Notes: generated from the letters alone by a model not told the origin. A stretch of DNA of 64,000 nucleotides from Nitrosopumilaceae archaeon (GCA_965207375.1 CBDBMG010000002.1:576001-640000); one strand, 5' to 3'. Counted from the stretch's first letter, positions 1 to 12,879 are shown. Numbers and translations: made by a program.

Positions 1-101
1 GTGCCATTAAGAATTTGGTTAGGAAGAACATTTTTTGCTTATAGGTTAAGAAACTTTTGTTTTTTTGCTAGAGGTCAGGAATTTTACATCGTCATAATTT
101 A

Positions 102-1694
102 TCATAAACCACTAAAATTGTTTATAGGTACTACAATGGTGACTGTGTCTTCAACATAGCCAAATGTCAATCTTTCTGTAATGTGAGCACACCTGCACAA
201 TAGACTTGTTACAGGAATGTATGCATCGGGAAATGTGGATGGATTATATATACGCCATACTTCCACTGGTGATCCAAACCAATCCTTATGTTGATGTGGT
301 TGCAGCCAGTTAACACATGCAAGTGTAACATCTGTACTCTTTGTATCATTTTCAACTTTGAGCATTATTGTTACTGTGATATACTTCTTAACAAATGCAG
401 GTATACAACCACTGGAGTCAGACTTGACATAAACTAAAGATGATTTGCTATGTATACTATTAGAAGACCCATATAATGTGTTGCAAATGGTAATTGCATG
501 TGAAACTTTGTGTAACATCAATGTCCTGACATACACAGTTCCAAAAATACCTTTCAGGTTTGAATCTACACATTGCATTTCTTCTGATGATAAGCATACT
601 TCTTTGATGGGATGGAGTGATTTGCAAAATTTGCCTATTGTTTCTACATTGGTAACTGATAATCTAGTAAATGGTAATTCTGGTAAAGCTTCATATTTTA
701 ATGAACCTTTTGTAACTTGCAAGTTGTCTAGCAATTGCATAATAGTACTATCATCACACATTGAAAGGATATTTAGTACTTGCTGGGTTGAGGAAAGCTT
801 ACGCATTAACTGTATCTCAATAGAATGGTGGTTAGTAGGTAGAGACCCTAAAAATCCATTCACACGTTCACAAGCAAACAACCAAAAGCTACAACCCGGA
901 CCATAGTCTATCAGACATTCTTTGATATGACAATGGAGGTGCATATTGGGAGTGCACTGTTCAGCTCCATATAATTGTTGAAAGCAAGTACAAAACCTAA
1001 TAAGGAGAGAATCTAACTGATTAATGGCATCCAATGTGATTGCCTTTGAACATACTAGATTGCAAGCCTGTACATACAACTTCCAACAACTATAATCAGC
1101 AAAGGGTAGGACATTTTTAATGAAGCTAAAGAAAAAATTAGTGTCCAATTTTTCCACTGATCTGCAGTGAATGATGCAAAACCAGAAGATATCTTATGGG
1201 GAATCCTACCAATGTCAGATGGCACTGTGAATCTATTACACTGTGACTGAATCTTCTCCAAATGTGTGTTCGATAAATACCCTTTTTCTTTCCATAGTTT
1301 GATCATGACTTTTGGAGTGCCTAAGAGAATATTATGTAATGGATCTACTACACTATATCGGGATGGGTTAAAATAAGAAAGTCGAAGCAGCTCAGTATAT
1401 ACTCCAAAGTCTTGCTCAATTTTTGTTCTCTCAGCCATAGTTTGAGCATGTTTCCAAGCCATCCCTTGTTTGCGGTGTTCATTTAATGTTCTACCAGGCC
1501 ACGAAGAGGAGTCAAACCCACTGTAGTCAAGTTTATCCCCAAATTTGTGGTTTACAGGTATAAATGATTTTAAACATCGAGAGCACTTTTCCAGCAGCAT
1601 GCCCTACAAATCCTCCTACTTTTCTACAAGCAGGAGTATCACATGAATTGCATAGTACAGCTGCAAAAAAATTCTGTCTACCTTCATTAGTTTC
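102..1694 (-). pseudogene. EnSpm/CACTA-type transposase, 3' part (frameshifted)
   Basis: Motifs CDTPACRKVGGFVGH, CSRCLK, VVDPLHNILLG, FTADQWKNW, TPNMHLHCH, YGP..FW.F..ER.NG.LG lie across ORFs 1055-1600 and 102-1157. Frameshifts near 1590 and 1130. Confidence 0.85.
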
Positions 1695-4600
1695 GGGATA
1701 GTATAAACGGCGGAATGGCGGAAACAGCGGAATGGCGGAAAAGGTACGATTTCAATTGGCGATGTTTATAGCTACACTCACCTTATATGAATTCCTGTAG
1801 CAATATCATTGCGTAACAGCTCGAATCGTTACTAGCGCCCGATTAAAGTATAGGCGCTTGCCCTAACGATGTGCGGAAATGGTAAAACGATTGCAACTGG
1901 CGATTTTTATAGCTATACTCACCTTATATTAATTCCTGTAGTCGTAGCTGCGCAGTCATGACGGGCGATAGAAGACTCTTCATGTCTTCTCGCAGGTCAG
2001 TGGGTGCTAAAAGCTTGATCACGTGAGTTATGGAACGACGCGTGATCTTCTAGAAGAATCTTTGTCACATGTTGTACCGTAGATGGCTGTACTATCTTGT
2101 AGTAACGATTTTTGTTGATTTGATAAACACTAGTTTTTTAGTAATGAACCCGGATTCAAGTCAAGCCAATGAAGTAGTTGATTTAACTCACGATTCAGAT
2201 GATAGCTGGTGAGAAACTCTATCATGGCAAGAGTTAATGATGTATATGCATAAATATAGCAGTCTCGTTCATTCTGTAAGCGGTGAGGATAGTGATAGTG
2301 ATGACAGTTTACAGATAGATTCACCGCATTTGACAGAATTTGACTCACCCATTAAGAGGGTTGGAACTTCCTTACCTGTAGTTCCCTTGCGGTAAGTAGG
2401 ATTAAAAGTAAACATACATAATTAACCCTCAGCTTACAATCCATACAGTAATACAAAAAGAACCCTTTTTCAGCCAAAGACTTATTGGAATGGAAATAGC
2501 AAACTCCCTGTGTATGAAACTCCCCAAGAACGCATTAGCACTGAAACTGCAGCAAACATTATTCTAAATGATGCACAGGAGAGTATGTTGTGCGAAATGC
2601 AGCCAACTTGTGTGGATAAAAATTCTCTATTTGTTGTTGATTTGGAAAAATTAAGGGATCCAAAGGACATTACTTGTGATGACATGGGGTCTTGGCGTTT
2701 GAATGGAACACATCCCAGCTATATAACAAAACATCGTTCTGGAGAAATATCCTTGGTATCTCAAAAGAGTGCAAACAAAGGTAAAATGAAGGAAGATATG
2801 TACAAAATGATTAAGAGGTATTATTATCACAAGACAGCTAGGAATCTCAACAAGACAATCTTCGTGATGCAAGGTAATTAATTATGGTGTGGTTATTATG
2901 CTGATCTTTATTCTACACAGATCGTGACAGTCAGCTTTTAAACAGATGTATAGTTCAATATCATTTTACCGGTGAGGAACATGAAATATGGATACGGCCT
3001 CATGGTAATTCAAAACAGTCAGAGCCCTACATTCGTACAATGCCAAGCACCCTTAACAAGCTTACTGAAGTAGCATCGGAAAAGACGCCAAAACCTGCTA
3101 CACATGCTGTGTCGTCTCAGCATGGTGGTGTTGTTGGAGCTTTATCTGCAGGGTCATTACCAAGGAATGAATCACAAGTCAAGAGCATTAGACAGAAAAT
3201 TAAAGTTACATCTGGTAGTTCAACAGACCCCCTTCTTTCTGTAATGATGATGTGCAAAGATACCATGAAAGGATTTGTTAGAACCGTTACAGGAGCTCCA
3301 GACTATATGGTGTTTATTGCTGCAGATCGATCGCTAGACAACCTTGTTCGGTTTTGTACGAATTCATCACAACCTAGTATCCTCACATTTGATCCCACTT
3401 TCAGTTTGGATGCTTTTGATGTGACTGTATCAACATACAAGCACCCTCTACTTGTTTTTCGCAATCCTAATGAGCATACTTCAAGATATCCCAGCTTATT
3501 GGGTCCTATTCTGATACATCAGCGAAAGCAGTTTGCTAATTATCACTACTTCACATCTACTCTAGTAGGTTTCCGTCCAGAGATGCACCAGCTTCATGCG
3601 TTTGGTACGGACGGAGAGAAGGCTTTAGTTCAAGCATGCAATTCTCAATTTCCTAATGCTTTTCATTTAAGGTGCTGGCTACATTTCAAAGATAATCTTC
3701 TAAATAAGCTGGAACGAGGTCTTCATCTTCCGAGGAGTGTTACTCAGGAATTTATTGCTGATGTCATGGGAAATGTCTCGACCCTGGAACATGGTCTGGT
3801 AGATGCTGAAGATGAAGAAGTGTTTACTGCTCAGTTGCATAGCCTTGAGGAAGTGTGGAATAAGAGGGAACGAGCATGTACCAAAGAGGATCCGGTATTC
3901 TATGATTGGTTTCTTGAACACTGTAAGGATGTCATGAAGGAATCTATGCTTCTTAGTGTTCGTAGATCTGCCGGTTTAGGAAATCCACCTACTCCCTATT
4001 ACATAAATGCCGTGGAATCGATGAACAGTCTACTTAAGCTGCGTACTAATTTCAAAAAGCAAGAAATAACCACATTTATTTCCAAACTGAAAGAATTGGT
4101 AGACGATCAGTTTGCTGAAGTGGATAGAGCAGTAGCTGGAATGGGTGACTATGAGGTATCTAAAGAATATCCAAAATTCCGTATTGCTTCAGCTAAGTGG
4201 TTTACTATGTCTCAGGATCAACGACAAAGGGTACTTAAACGTTTTCAATCTGTTTTGCCTTTGAATTACTCTACAGAGGGTAATCCTCACATGAGTGACC
4301 CCACATCTATTGATGAAGAGACATCACAGAGCCAAGACAGTGGATCCACAAGCCATTCATCCCACATTATTGTCAATGATACACAGTCTGATGCAAATCT
4401 CTTAGCCGGACTTGGTATTCCACCGTACATTGCTGACACTATATGGAAACATGCAAGAGCCCTGACTGAGAATGACAGCAACTTTGCACAAGCTCCAGGA
4501 AATAGTGGGAAGGCTTGGTTAGTTGCAAGGTCCAGTAGTAGTACCAGCAAACCTTACTTTGTGCAAATTCATAAAGGTCACTATGAATGCGAATCAGATT

Positions 4601-6081
4601 GTATCTATTATCAGGCGTGTAAAGTGTGTGCTCACATTGTGGCTATAGCCATGAAGAATGGAGACCTTAACAGCTTCCTATCCTGGCACAAGAAACGAAA
4701 TCACCAAGTGAATACTACTGCCATAGCACAAAGTGACCTTCCGCTAACTTCGGTAGGAAAAAAGAAATCAGCAAGAAAAGGCATGTCAAAACAAAAAAGT
4801 GCTAAAATCAGGAAAATTTGTGCTGAGACAGATGACTCCTCCTGGAATCTTAGACCAGCCCTTGCTAATGCTACCACAGTACAAAACCAACTGGCTATGT
4901 CAGTCAATGTTCAATCATCTTCCTCGCCTGTGATTATGCCTAGCCAATCATCTGTTATTGTGCCTAGCCAGACTTATGGTCATTCTTCACAGTTATTCCC
5001 ACAGGATTTTGCTATTTTCCCTGCTCCATCAGCTCCATTTATACTAATCTTACTACATGGAAATATTAGTGTTTGTACAGGGTGCCGCCAGCAATTTCCT
5101 CGGAATCCAAATGGTGATTATGCTGACCCACCTTATAACATGGCCATTCAACACATGGAACCCCGTACATTTAACAGCCCCATCACTGGCATGCCAACAA
5201 GTAAAGTTGGAAATGCTTATTACCATGTTTACTTGCCCTGTTTGCATACCAATTGGCCTGCATTATCTGGTCGTGATGTGACTGTTCCCACAGAATTTGT
5301 TCCCATGCTTCTCTCAGAACACAAGATACTTCTGTACCAAAATTTAGGAATTGTGGTTTAGCTGTCTCATTATCTAGCTAACCTGTAATGTATAGTTATC
5401 TGATTGATGTACACCTGTTTACATGTGTATTATTAAGTTGGTGGCCAATGAACTTTCAAGTTACTGAGCAGTAGTTAATTCATATATATGTCTGTAGGGT
5501 AATAATCTCGTTTCAATATAAAGTTGTATGTTCATTGTAATTTACCGGTAGTTGGTACATACATTGTACATGTAGCTAAATGGAATGACAATGGTATAGC
5601 CAGAACAGGTACTCACTCAGGGAATATATGATCGACTGTTCTAATACAGTGTAATAAATGTTCAGTGCTTTAATTTATATATGTGAAAACCTTCGATGGG
5701 CATTAAATAGAAATCGCTCGTGTGTAGGCGCTGCCACTACAGGAATTAATATAAGGTGAGTATAACTATAAAAATCGCCAGTTGCAATCGTTTTACCATT
5801 TCCGCACATCGTTAGGGCAAGCGCCTATACTTTAATCGGGCGCTTACTATCGTTACTAGCACTGCTTTGTTATATTTTAAATAGTTTGATTACAAATAAA
5901 AGTATTTTTGTTTTTCGCTTTATTTAATGCACACTGTAAGTAAGCTCGCTAGTAACGATTCGAGCTGTTACGCAATGATACTGCTACAGGAATTCATATA
6001 AGGTGACTGTAGCTATAAACATCGCCAATTGAAATCGTACCTTTTCCGCCATTCCGCCGTTTCCGCCGTTTATACTATCCC
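1695..6081 (+). mobile_element. Full-length Mutator-like element (MULE) inserted in the CACTA transposase
   Basis: TIRs GGGATAGTATAAACGGCGG.../...CCGCCGTTTATACTATCCC with ~250-bp arms (1695-~1942 and ~5735-6081). 9-bp TSD ATTAGTTTC at 1686-1694 and 6082-6090. Internal MULE transposase. Confidence 0.95.
2510..5361 (+). CDS. MULE transposase with SWIM-like finger and C-terminal Cys/His module; spliced, further short exons probably at ~2080-2450
   Basis: GT-AG intron 2874-2920 joins ORF 2510 in frame to the 773-aa ORF. Motifs FDPTF, GTDGEKAL, HLRCWLH, INAVESMN, CESDC..CKVCAH, and CTGC...YYH...C. Confidence 0.88.
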
Positions 6082-6870
6082 ATTAGTTTCTATTTCTACC
6101 CCTTTCCAAAGCTTTATTAACTCAATTACCAAAGGTTCTAAAAATGCATTAATATGTAAACTTGGTTCATTGGGACCAGGAATGATACCAACTATGATCA
6201 GGTTCTCCCTACGGTACCTTAAACAGCGGGGCAAATTAAGAATAACTAAGGAAATAACACCCACACTATACTGCACATGCTTGAATGGTTGAAACCAGTC
6301 AACACTAATCAACAATCCAATTCCATATCGTGACATTAAAAAATCTTTTCCATCAACTTTAAGAAATGATTGCCAAACTTCTCCATCATATATATCCGCT
6401 ATTACTCCATTAGGAATAATACGAGACTTCCAGTGATTAAGTAAATCTAGCATACCAGGTTTTTGTACCATTTCTGCAATTGAATCTATAATACTCTTGT
6501 AGCAAAACTCTTTCACTGGCAGGAGCATTTTCTTGCCACATGTTGTCCTTATGGCCTTCACTAAGGGAAACAAGCAAGGAGATCGCATACGCTGTTGTGG
6601 ATGTCTTGGAAAACAAACAAATGAGCACTTTATAATTTCTTCTGTACTTGATACTGTAGGCAAAAGGTCACGAGAATAAATGCAGTGACACTTCTGACAC
6701 ATAAGGTACTTATGAAAATTATCACGGTTAATGTAGTTCTTCTTACAAGCCTTTTGTAAAGTATCCGGAAAATTATTAGAGATTTCTTTCAGGTTTTGCA
6801 TCTTTAAAATTTCTGCAAACTTACCTAAAACTAATTTTAAAAACTTGAATAATGTAGTCATAGCTATGTC
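6082..6870 (-). pseudogene. EnSpm/CACTA transposase, 5'/central part
   Basis: CQKC..C..C Zn motif, DIYDGEVW, VDWFQPFK, NLPRCLRY, GIIPGPNEP. Reading continues in frame at 1685 once the MULE and one TSD copy are removed. Confidence 0.88.
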
Positions 6871-6874
6871 AGGT

Positions 6875-8748
6875 TAGGGATGCGCCGATTTTGCCCGCAA
6901 AATATTTAGAATAATAGGAACATAAAAGCAAAGAGCAAAATGCTGGAAAAATAGGAGGAAATTTCAGCAAAATTAACTATGTTATATAGTCTAACGGCAA
7001 AACGAGTGATATTACTGCAGTATGAGTACATGAAACACACAGAAGTAAGGTAACATACCATACAACGAGTTTCCTCTTTATAATATCATGACTGAATCAT
7101 AGTGCCTTGGTGCATAACCTACAATCGAATTTGACAATACACTGTCTAACACGAGCTGTTAACGAGGTTGGTAATTTCTTTGTTGTTGTTAATCACGAGG
7201 CTAAATTAATTGTGAGAATCGTTCTAGCTATTGCTATTCCAGCCCCGCCATGAACGTTTTAAATCAGTTGGACTCTGAATCTAGTAGCGACAGTGATGGA
7301 AATGCGATGGAAGATCGAGTCGCAGTAGAAGATGGTGGCCATAGCGAAAACGAATCTGATCAGGTGACAAATACCTCCAGCCAAGCTGTAAGCATCGAAT
7401 CTGATTCTTCTATGCGTAGTGGAAATTCTTCTGTTTCCTTGCTAAGTGTTCTTAAAGCCCCAAACATGTCAGAGCTGTCTCGTAAGCGAAAAGTTACGAA
7501 GAACCCACCAACTGGCAAGAGAAGAGCACGCTCTACTGCGGCTGTCCAAGTAATCCAAAAGGTATCAAGCCTCAGCAAAGGGTTAAAGAATATCCGACAG
7601 AACCATTCATTGTATCATCCAGTAAGCTTTTTTGCCAGGAATGTAGGGAAGAATTGCCACTGAAGAAAAGTAGCATTAGCTACCATATCAAGTCAACCAA
7701 ACACAGTGATGGAAAGAAAAGGCTAGAGCAACGGAAAGTGAAAGATAAAGACATCGCGGAATCTCTTAGAAAGTACAATGAAGAAGTGCATGCAAGAGGT
7801 GAGACACTTCCAGAGCAACAACAAGTCTTTCGTGTTAAAGTAGTGAAAACATTTCTACAAGCTGGTGTACCCCTCAGTAAAGTAGGGCATTTTCGTGAGC
7901 TTTTGGAAGAGACCGGGCATCGTCTTACAGACAGGAGGCATTTGTTTGACTTAATTCCATTTATTTTGGAGGAAGAAAAGCAGAATATCAAGCTGTCAAT
8001 ACAAGGAAAATGGTTAAGTGTTATTTTTGATGGTACATCACACTGTGGAGAGGCACTAGCTATTTTGGTCCATTATATCGATGATTCATGGAATGTCCAG
8101 CAGCAGCTACTCTGTATCAGATTGCTATCAAAGTCCCTTACTGGAGAGGAAATTGCGCATGAGTTAATACAAGAGCTATCAATCAATTACAGCATTTCCA
8201 CGGATCACCTCATTGCTGCAATGTGGGACAGAGCTTCAGTAAATGGCGTAGCAATGAGAACAGTCAAAATTGTGTATCCTAAAATATTTGATGTTGGTTG
8301 CTTTAGCCACACAATTGATCGAGTCGGGGAACATTTCAACATTCCAAACCTTACAGAGTTTGTTACAAATTGGCTGACACTTTTTTCCCACAGTATTAAG
8401 GCTAAGTTCCTTTGGAAGCAGCGAACAGGACAAACAATGGCATCATACAGTGCTACTAGGTGGTGGAGTAAGTGGGAGCTTATGAAACAAATGATGGTCC
8501 AGTTTGGTGAAATTGAACCCTTTCTGAACCACAACACTGATCTGGGACCTTCTTCCCGGCCAAGGTTGCTAGCAATTTTAACAAATCCAGAAAAGCTGAA
8601 ACATCTGAAGCTGGAACTTGCTTCTGTGATTGATTGGGGAGAGGTTTTTGTCAAGGCTACCTATAATCTTGAGGGAGATGGCCCATTGGCTTTAACATGT
8701 TACGAGGAAGTGCAAAGGGTTGTTGCAGCAATTAGGGTTGCACTCTGA
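6875..8748 (+). mobile_element. 3'-truncated hAT element with frameshifted transposase (7250-8748; CGGBP1-like N-terminal Zn finger)
   Basis: Starts TAGGGATG (Ac-like end). Motifs RVKEYPTEPF..KLFCQECREEL..HIKSTKH, IFDGTS, DRASVN, GCFSH, TRWWS. No C-terminal dimerisation domain or right TIR seen. Confidence 0.8.
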
Positions 8749-8847
8749 CATGATTTATGTAATGTGCATTAAATAGACATACACGCACGTGAGAATCTAA
8801 ATTATTGCGCCATTTTTGTGCTTGCGAGTCTTTGTAATGAGCAAGTA

Positions 8848-10290
8848 ATGGCAGAACAGTACGTAGCAGAGTCAGTAAACAGCGCAGATTATAACAGAGA
8901 CACGAGTCCGCGTTCAAACGTAAGAATAATTTTAATTTGTCAGTTAACTGATCATTATCAGACGCCATTTTTAACGCATTATAGGCCTCTGCAGAAACTT
9001 CAGAATACACCGATAGCACACCCAATCGTTACTATCCTGGAAGATCCTTGGGCGGAACCCCTTTCCAACGATATCAACCTGACACAAACTATCGTACATA
9101 TCCATATGAGCACTGCCACAGTAACTATCCTTATCCGACGATTTATTCTGGAAACATCATTCCTGATTCTTGGCCTGAACCCGCCTTACATGAAACACTT
9201 ACAAAGATAATGAATAGCCAATCAGATATGAAAAACCTCATTGATACACTTTCATCACGTATAAATCATATTGAAAGTTCACTTTTGTCCCAATCTAGTA
9301 GTAGTGGTAGTAGCTCAACAGAAAAAGAAGTGCAAAGAGTTAGTCCTGAACTTTCTGTAAGTTTTTACTATATCATATGCATATGTGACTTAATGTACAT
9401 GGCTGTAGAAATTAATTCGACAGATTCATGAAAGTTTGGATGATAATGATCAATTTCAGCCTAGATTGGGGTTAGTCATTTTTATGCAATTATCTAATTG
9501 TGCAGTGAATATCAATCACTAGTTCAAGAGATGAACACAATCTTGCAGTAAAGCAACGAATTACAGAAGAAATCTTGATGAGGAAAGGAAATTGCTATAC
9601 ATCCAGTAATTCTGAAAGTATATTGTTTGTGATAGCCACGTATTTGTACTATAATATTCGATAGAGGGGATTCAGAGGTATTTTCAGTCTCGTCGCCGCA
9701 TTTGGAGAGAAAACAACACTGAGCAACCTGAGAGGTTGCAAAAACAAAATAGGAGTAGGAAACTGCGGTCTCGAAAAGTTCGGGTATGTTTCAAAATATG
9801 TGTAACTTTGTAAATCTTATAATTTTTTATTTTGATATAGTTATATAATCGTAGAAAAAAGGCTGTTCATGAGGGTGAAGAAGCTAGGCGGTTTGAAACA
9901 TTATCCATTGCTGATGAATCCAGTGATTCAGACAGTGCAACAGATAAGATGATAGTACACCGTCGTACTTGGCGTTCCAAAAGTAGCTACTCTTTACTCA
10001 TGTTACATAGCTACATGCATATTCTTTATGTTATAGCACTGAGTTTATTTCTTGAAGAACTAGATAAAAGGGTTGATGCCCAACAGAAGGATATGAAAAA
10101 GCATGTTCCCGAACGGAGAGTGAGAGTAATGGGGGAATCTACTGACAGGCAGCCTCCACCTGATGTGCCACAGTGGACGATAGATGCAGCATGGATGGAA
10201 GGTTATTTGCTCAATTACGTACTGTATATATAGCTACTTCCTTTTTAATTCAACATAGATCACCCAGATTACTTACAATCAACAGCTTAA
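8848..10290 (+). CDS. Multi-exon accessory gene of the CACTA element, divergent from the transposase; may be disrupted
   Basis: Short GT-AG introns (e.g. 9784-9840). Exons encode RYFQSRRRIWRE..RSRKVR-LYNRRKKAV..DESSDSD..TWRSK-LSLFLEELDKRV..PPPDVPQWTID. Lies inside the CAGTG terminus. Confidence 0.6.
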
Positions 10291-10429
10291 CTGGAGAGTG
10301 GAGACACTTTCAATCTTGACACTTTCATTGATTTGTTTTATGATCATAAAAAATTGTATTTAATCAATGATTTATTATTACTGAATAAAGAATAAAGTTT
10401 ACTCAAGTGTAACAGCTAGTTTACTACAT

Positions 10430-10670
10430 GGTGTATAAAAGTATATTTACAGTAAACCAACAGTTGCAGCATTGTGTTTTGTCAATTTCCTCTTAATTTA
10501 CTGTAGATTTTCTTGTTAGTTTACAAATGGTAAACTATCAGTAAATAAAATGTTCCAGACTGCTGGTTTACTTATAGTTTATTTGATAATTTACATTCAG
10601 TAAATTAAAGAGTAAACCTTGAAATTACTCAAGATTTACTTAGTAGTAAATCAGATGGTTTCAAGCAGTG
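10430..10670. mobile_element. Right terminus of the EnSpm/CACTA element
   Basis: Ends ...TTTCAAGCAGTG (CACTG on the minus strand), preceded by a dense cluster of AGTAAA/TTTACT subterminal motifs in both orientations. The other end is outside the window. Confidence 0.6.
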
Positions 10671-10673
10671 ATA

Positions 10674-10837
10674 CTGTATACGTTAAAACAGTCAAGGGGG
10701 AAAACTTTCGCGGTTAGAGCAAAAATGAAAATTCGACAGGAAAACTTTCCCGGTAGAAGCTTCTTAAACTTTTGTGATTGAGCAAAAACCACGAAAACCG
10801 TGAAAGTTTTTCCCCTTGACTGTTTTGACGTATACGG
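10674..10837. mobile_element. MITE with TA TSD (Tc1/mariner-pogo type)
   Basis: TA|CTGTATACGTTAAAACAGTCAAGGGGGAAAACTTTCGCGGTT ... AACCGTGAAAGTTTTTCCCCTTGACTGTTTTGACGTATACGG|TA. Confidence 0.85.
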
Positions 10838-10979
10838 TATATTGGTATGGTAATATAACTGATCTGAGATAATCACATACATCATTACTGCCACTATCTC
10901 AGGTACCCATTTCAGGGTTCTCCCTAGAATAAAAAAGTAGAGTGATAAAATTATCTCTTCACTACCAACACATATCCAG

Positions 10980-11150
10980 AAATTGGCGGTCACGGGTAGG
11001 CCACCACTAGATCAAGGTAGTGTAAAGCATGGTAGTAAGTTGTTTTCCAGGGCTGAGAAATCACGATGCCAATTTTGTCGTATGCATGGGCAAGTGAACT
11101 GGACACAGTGTAATGTCCAGATTGTTCATTTTTACCTGGCATCGGTTGGG
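10980..11150 (+). pseudogene. Remnant of a piggyBac-like C-terminal cysteine-rich domain
   Basis: KHGSKLF..KSRCQFCRMHGQVNWTQ, then CPDCSFLP after a frameshift. Resembles the H..RC..C....T...C..C pattern. Confidence 0.5.
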
Positions 11151-11202
11151 ACATTATTTGGAAATTTTAAGATTTGTACATTGTTCAACTTTAATGAAAT
11201 CA

Positions 11203-11928
11203 ATGTTGTGTCTGTACGGCGACCATGCTTCGTGCGGGTCTTGTCGACAGTGTCGTGTAATATTGTGTCTGTCTGGTGACCATGCTTCGTGCGAGTCTTG
11301 TCGACAGTGTGTCATGTATTGTTGTGTCTGTCTGGCGACCATGCTTCGTGCGGGTCTTGTTGACAGTGTGTTGTGTAATGTTGTGTCTGTCTGGCGACCA
11401 TGCTTCGTGCGGGTCTTGTGGACAGTGTGTCGTGTAATGTTGTGTCTGTCTGGCGACCATGCTTCGTGCGGGTCTTGTTGACTGTGTATTGTGTAATGTT
11501 GTGTCTGTCTGGCGACCATGCTTCGTGCGGGTCTTGTCGACAGTGTGTCATTTGTTGTTGTGTCTGTCTGGTGACCATGCTTCGTGCTGGTATTGTCGAT
11601 AGTGTGTCATGTAATGTTGTGTCTGTCTGGCGACCATGCTTCGTGCTGGTATTGTCAATAGTGTGTCATGTAATGTTGTGTCTGTCTGGCGACCATGCTT
11701 TGTGCGGGTCTTGTCAACAGTGTATTATGTATTGTTGTGTCTGTCTGGTGACCATGGTTCGTGCTGGTATTGTCGATAGTGTGTCATGTAATGTTGTGTC
11801 TGTCTGGCGACCATGCTTTGTGTGGGTCTTGTCGACAGTGTGTCATGTATTGTTGTGTGTGTCTGGCGACCATGCTTTGTGCGGGTCTTGTTGACAGTGT
11901 GTCGTGTAATGTTGTGTCTGTCTAGCGA
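11203..11928. repeat. Tandem array, 59-bp unit, about 12 copies
   Basis: Unit ATGTTGTGTCTGTCTGGCGACCATGCTTCGTGCGGGTCTTGTCGACAGTGTGTCGTGTA repeated with point variants. Confidence 0.97.
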
Positions 11929-12089
11929 TTTTTGTCATATGTGTTTCTTCAATATATTTATAGGCTGCCAGTCATTAGAATGTGTCCTTTCCTGTGACCA
12001 GCATTTCTGCCAGTCATCAGAATTCAATAATTCTGTTGGTGCTTATTAATATTTTTGATGGAGAGCTCTAGCTTATCATCACATGGCTG

Positions 12090-12700
12090 CTGGACGATGA
12101 AATACATTGAAAGGGGTGATAATAATGGTAAAGTGTGATTGATAACTTTTGTTACTTCATTTGTTAATAATTCTTTGATAGAGATAATATATGAACACTG
12201 GATGAAGTATTTTGAAAAAGAAAAACTGGGTGATACGATTGCAAAATGTGAGTAGTCACTTTTGTCTGTTCTTTTGTTAGTAATTATTTTGATAGATATA
12301 AACACTGGATGAAGTACTTTGAAAAAGAAACTGGGTGATACGATGGCAAAATGTAAGCGGTCACTTTTGTATGTTCTTTTGTTAGTAATTATTTTGATAG
12401 ATATAAACACTGGATGAAGTACTTTGAAAAAGAAACTGGGTGATACGATTGCAAAATGTGAGTGGTCACTTTTGTATGTTCTTTTGTTAGTAATTATTTT
12501 GATAGATATGAACACACTGGATGAAGTACATACTGCGAAAACAAAATGGGCGATATGATTACAAAATGTAAGTGATTAATTTTCTTTGTTCTTTTGTTGA
12601 TCATTTTTGTTAATGGCCATATGGCCATAGGATGAAATCAGTGCTTCAAAAGAGAAACTTGTTGGATGGCAAAATGTGAGCAATATTATTTTGTTTTTAT
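12090..12700. repeat. Tandem array, ~105-bp unit, 4-5 copies degenerating at the edges
   Basis: AACACTGGATGAAGTA...CTGGGTGATACGATTGCAAAATGTGAG recurs at ~12194, 12301, 12406 and 12514. Confidence 0.93.
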
Positions 12701-12879
12701 TCTGTTATTGTTACCACTTTTTATAGTGTTGCTTATGGAAAAGGAAGGCTGCTGACATGGATAAGAGCTGTAAACTAAACTAACCTTTTTATTTTTACAT
12801 TTGTACTGTTTAAAATCTTTATGTGGTGCGCTTTAAATGTAATCGTTAAATTTAGTAATCGCTAAAGGAATACATTATA

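Noticed and set aside
445-906. 153-aa plus-strand ORF and similar antisense ORFs (4287-4550, 8205-8654, 61726-62007)
   Set aside because: Shadow frames opposite recognisable transposase genes.
11113-12049. Overlapping Cys-rich and His/Thr-rich ORFs, and a CRISPR-like look of the array
   Set aside because: They are translations of a 59-bp tandem repeat (not a multiple of 3). There are no unique spacers and no cas genes.
12024-12515. 163-aa ORF with 35-aa repeats
   Set aside because: By-product of the 105-bp tandem array.
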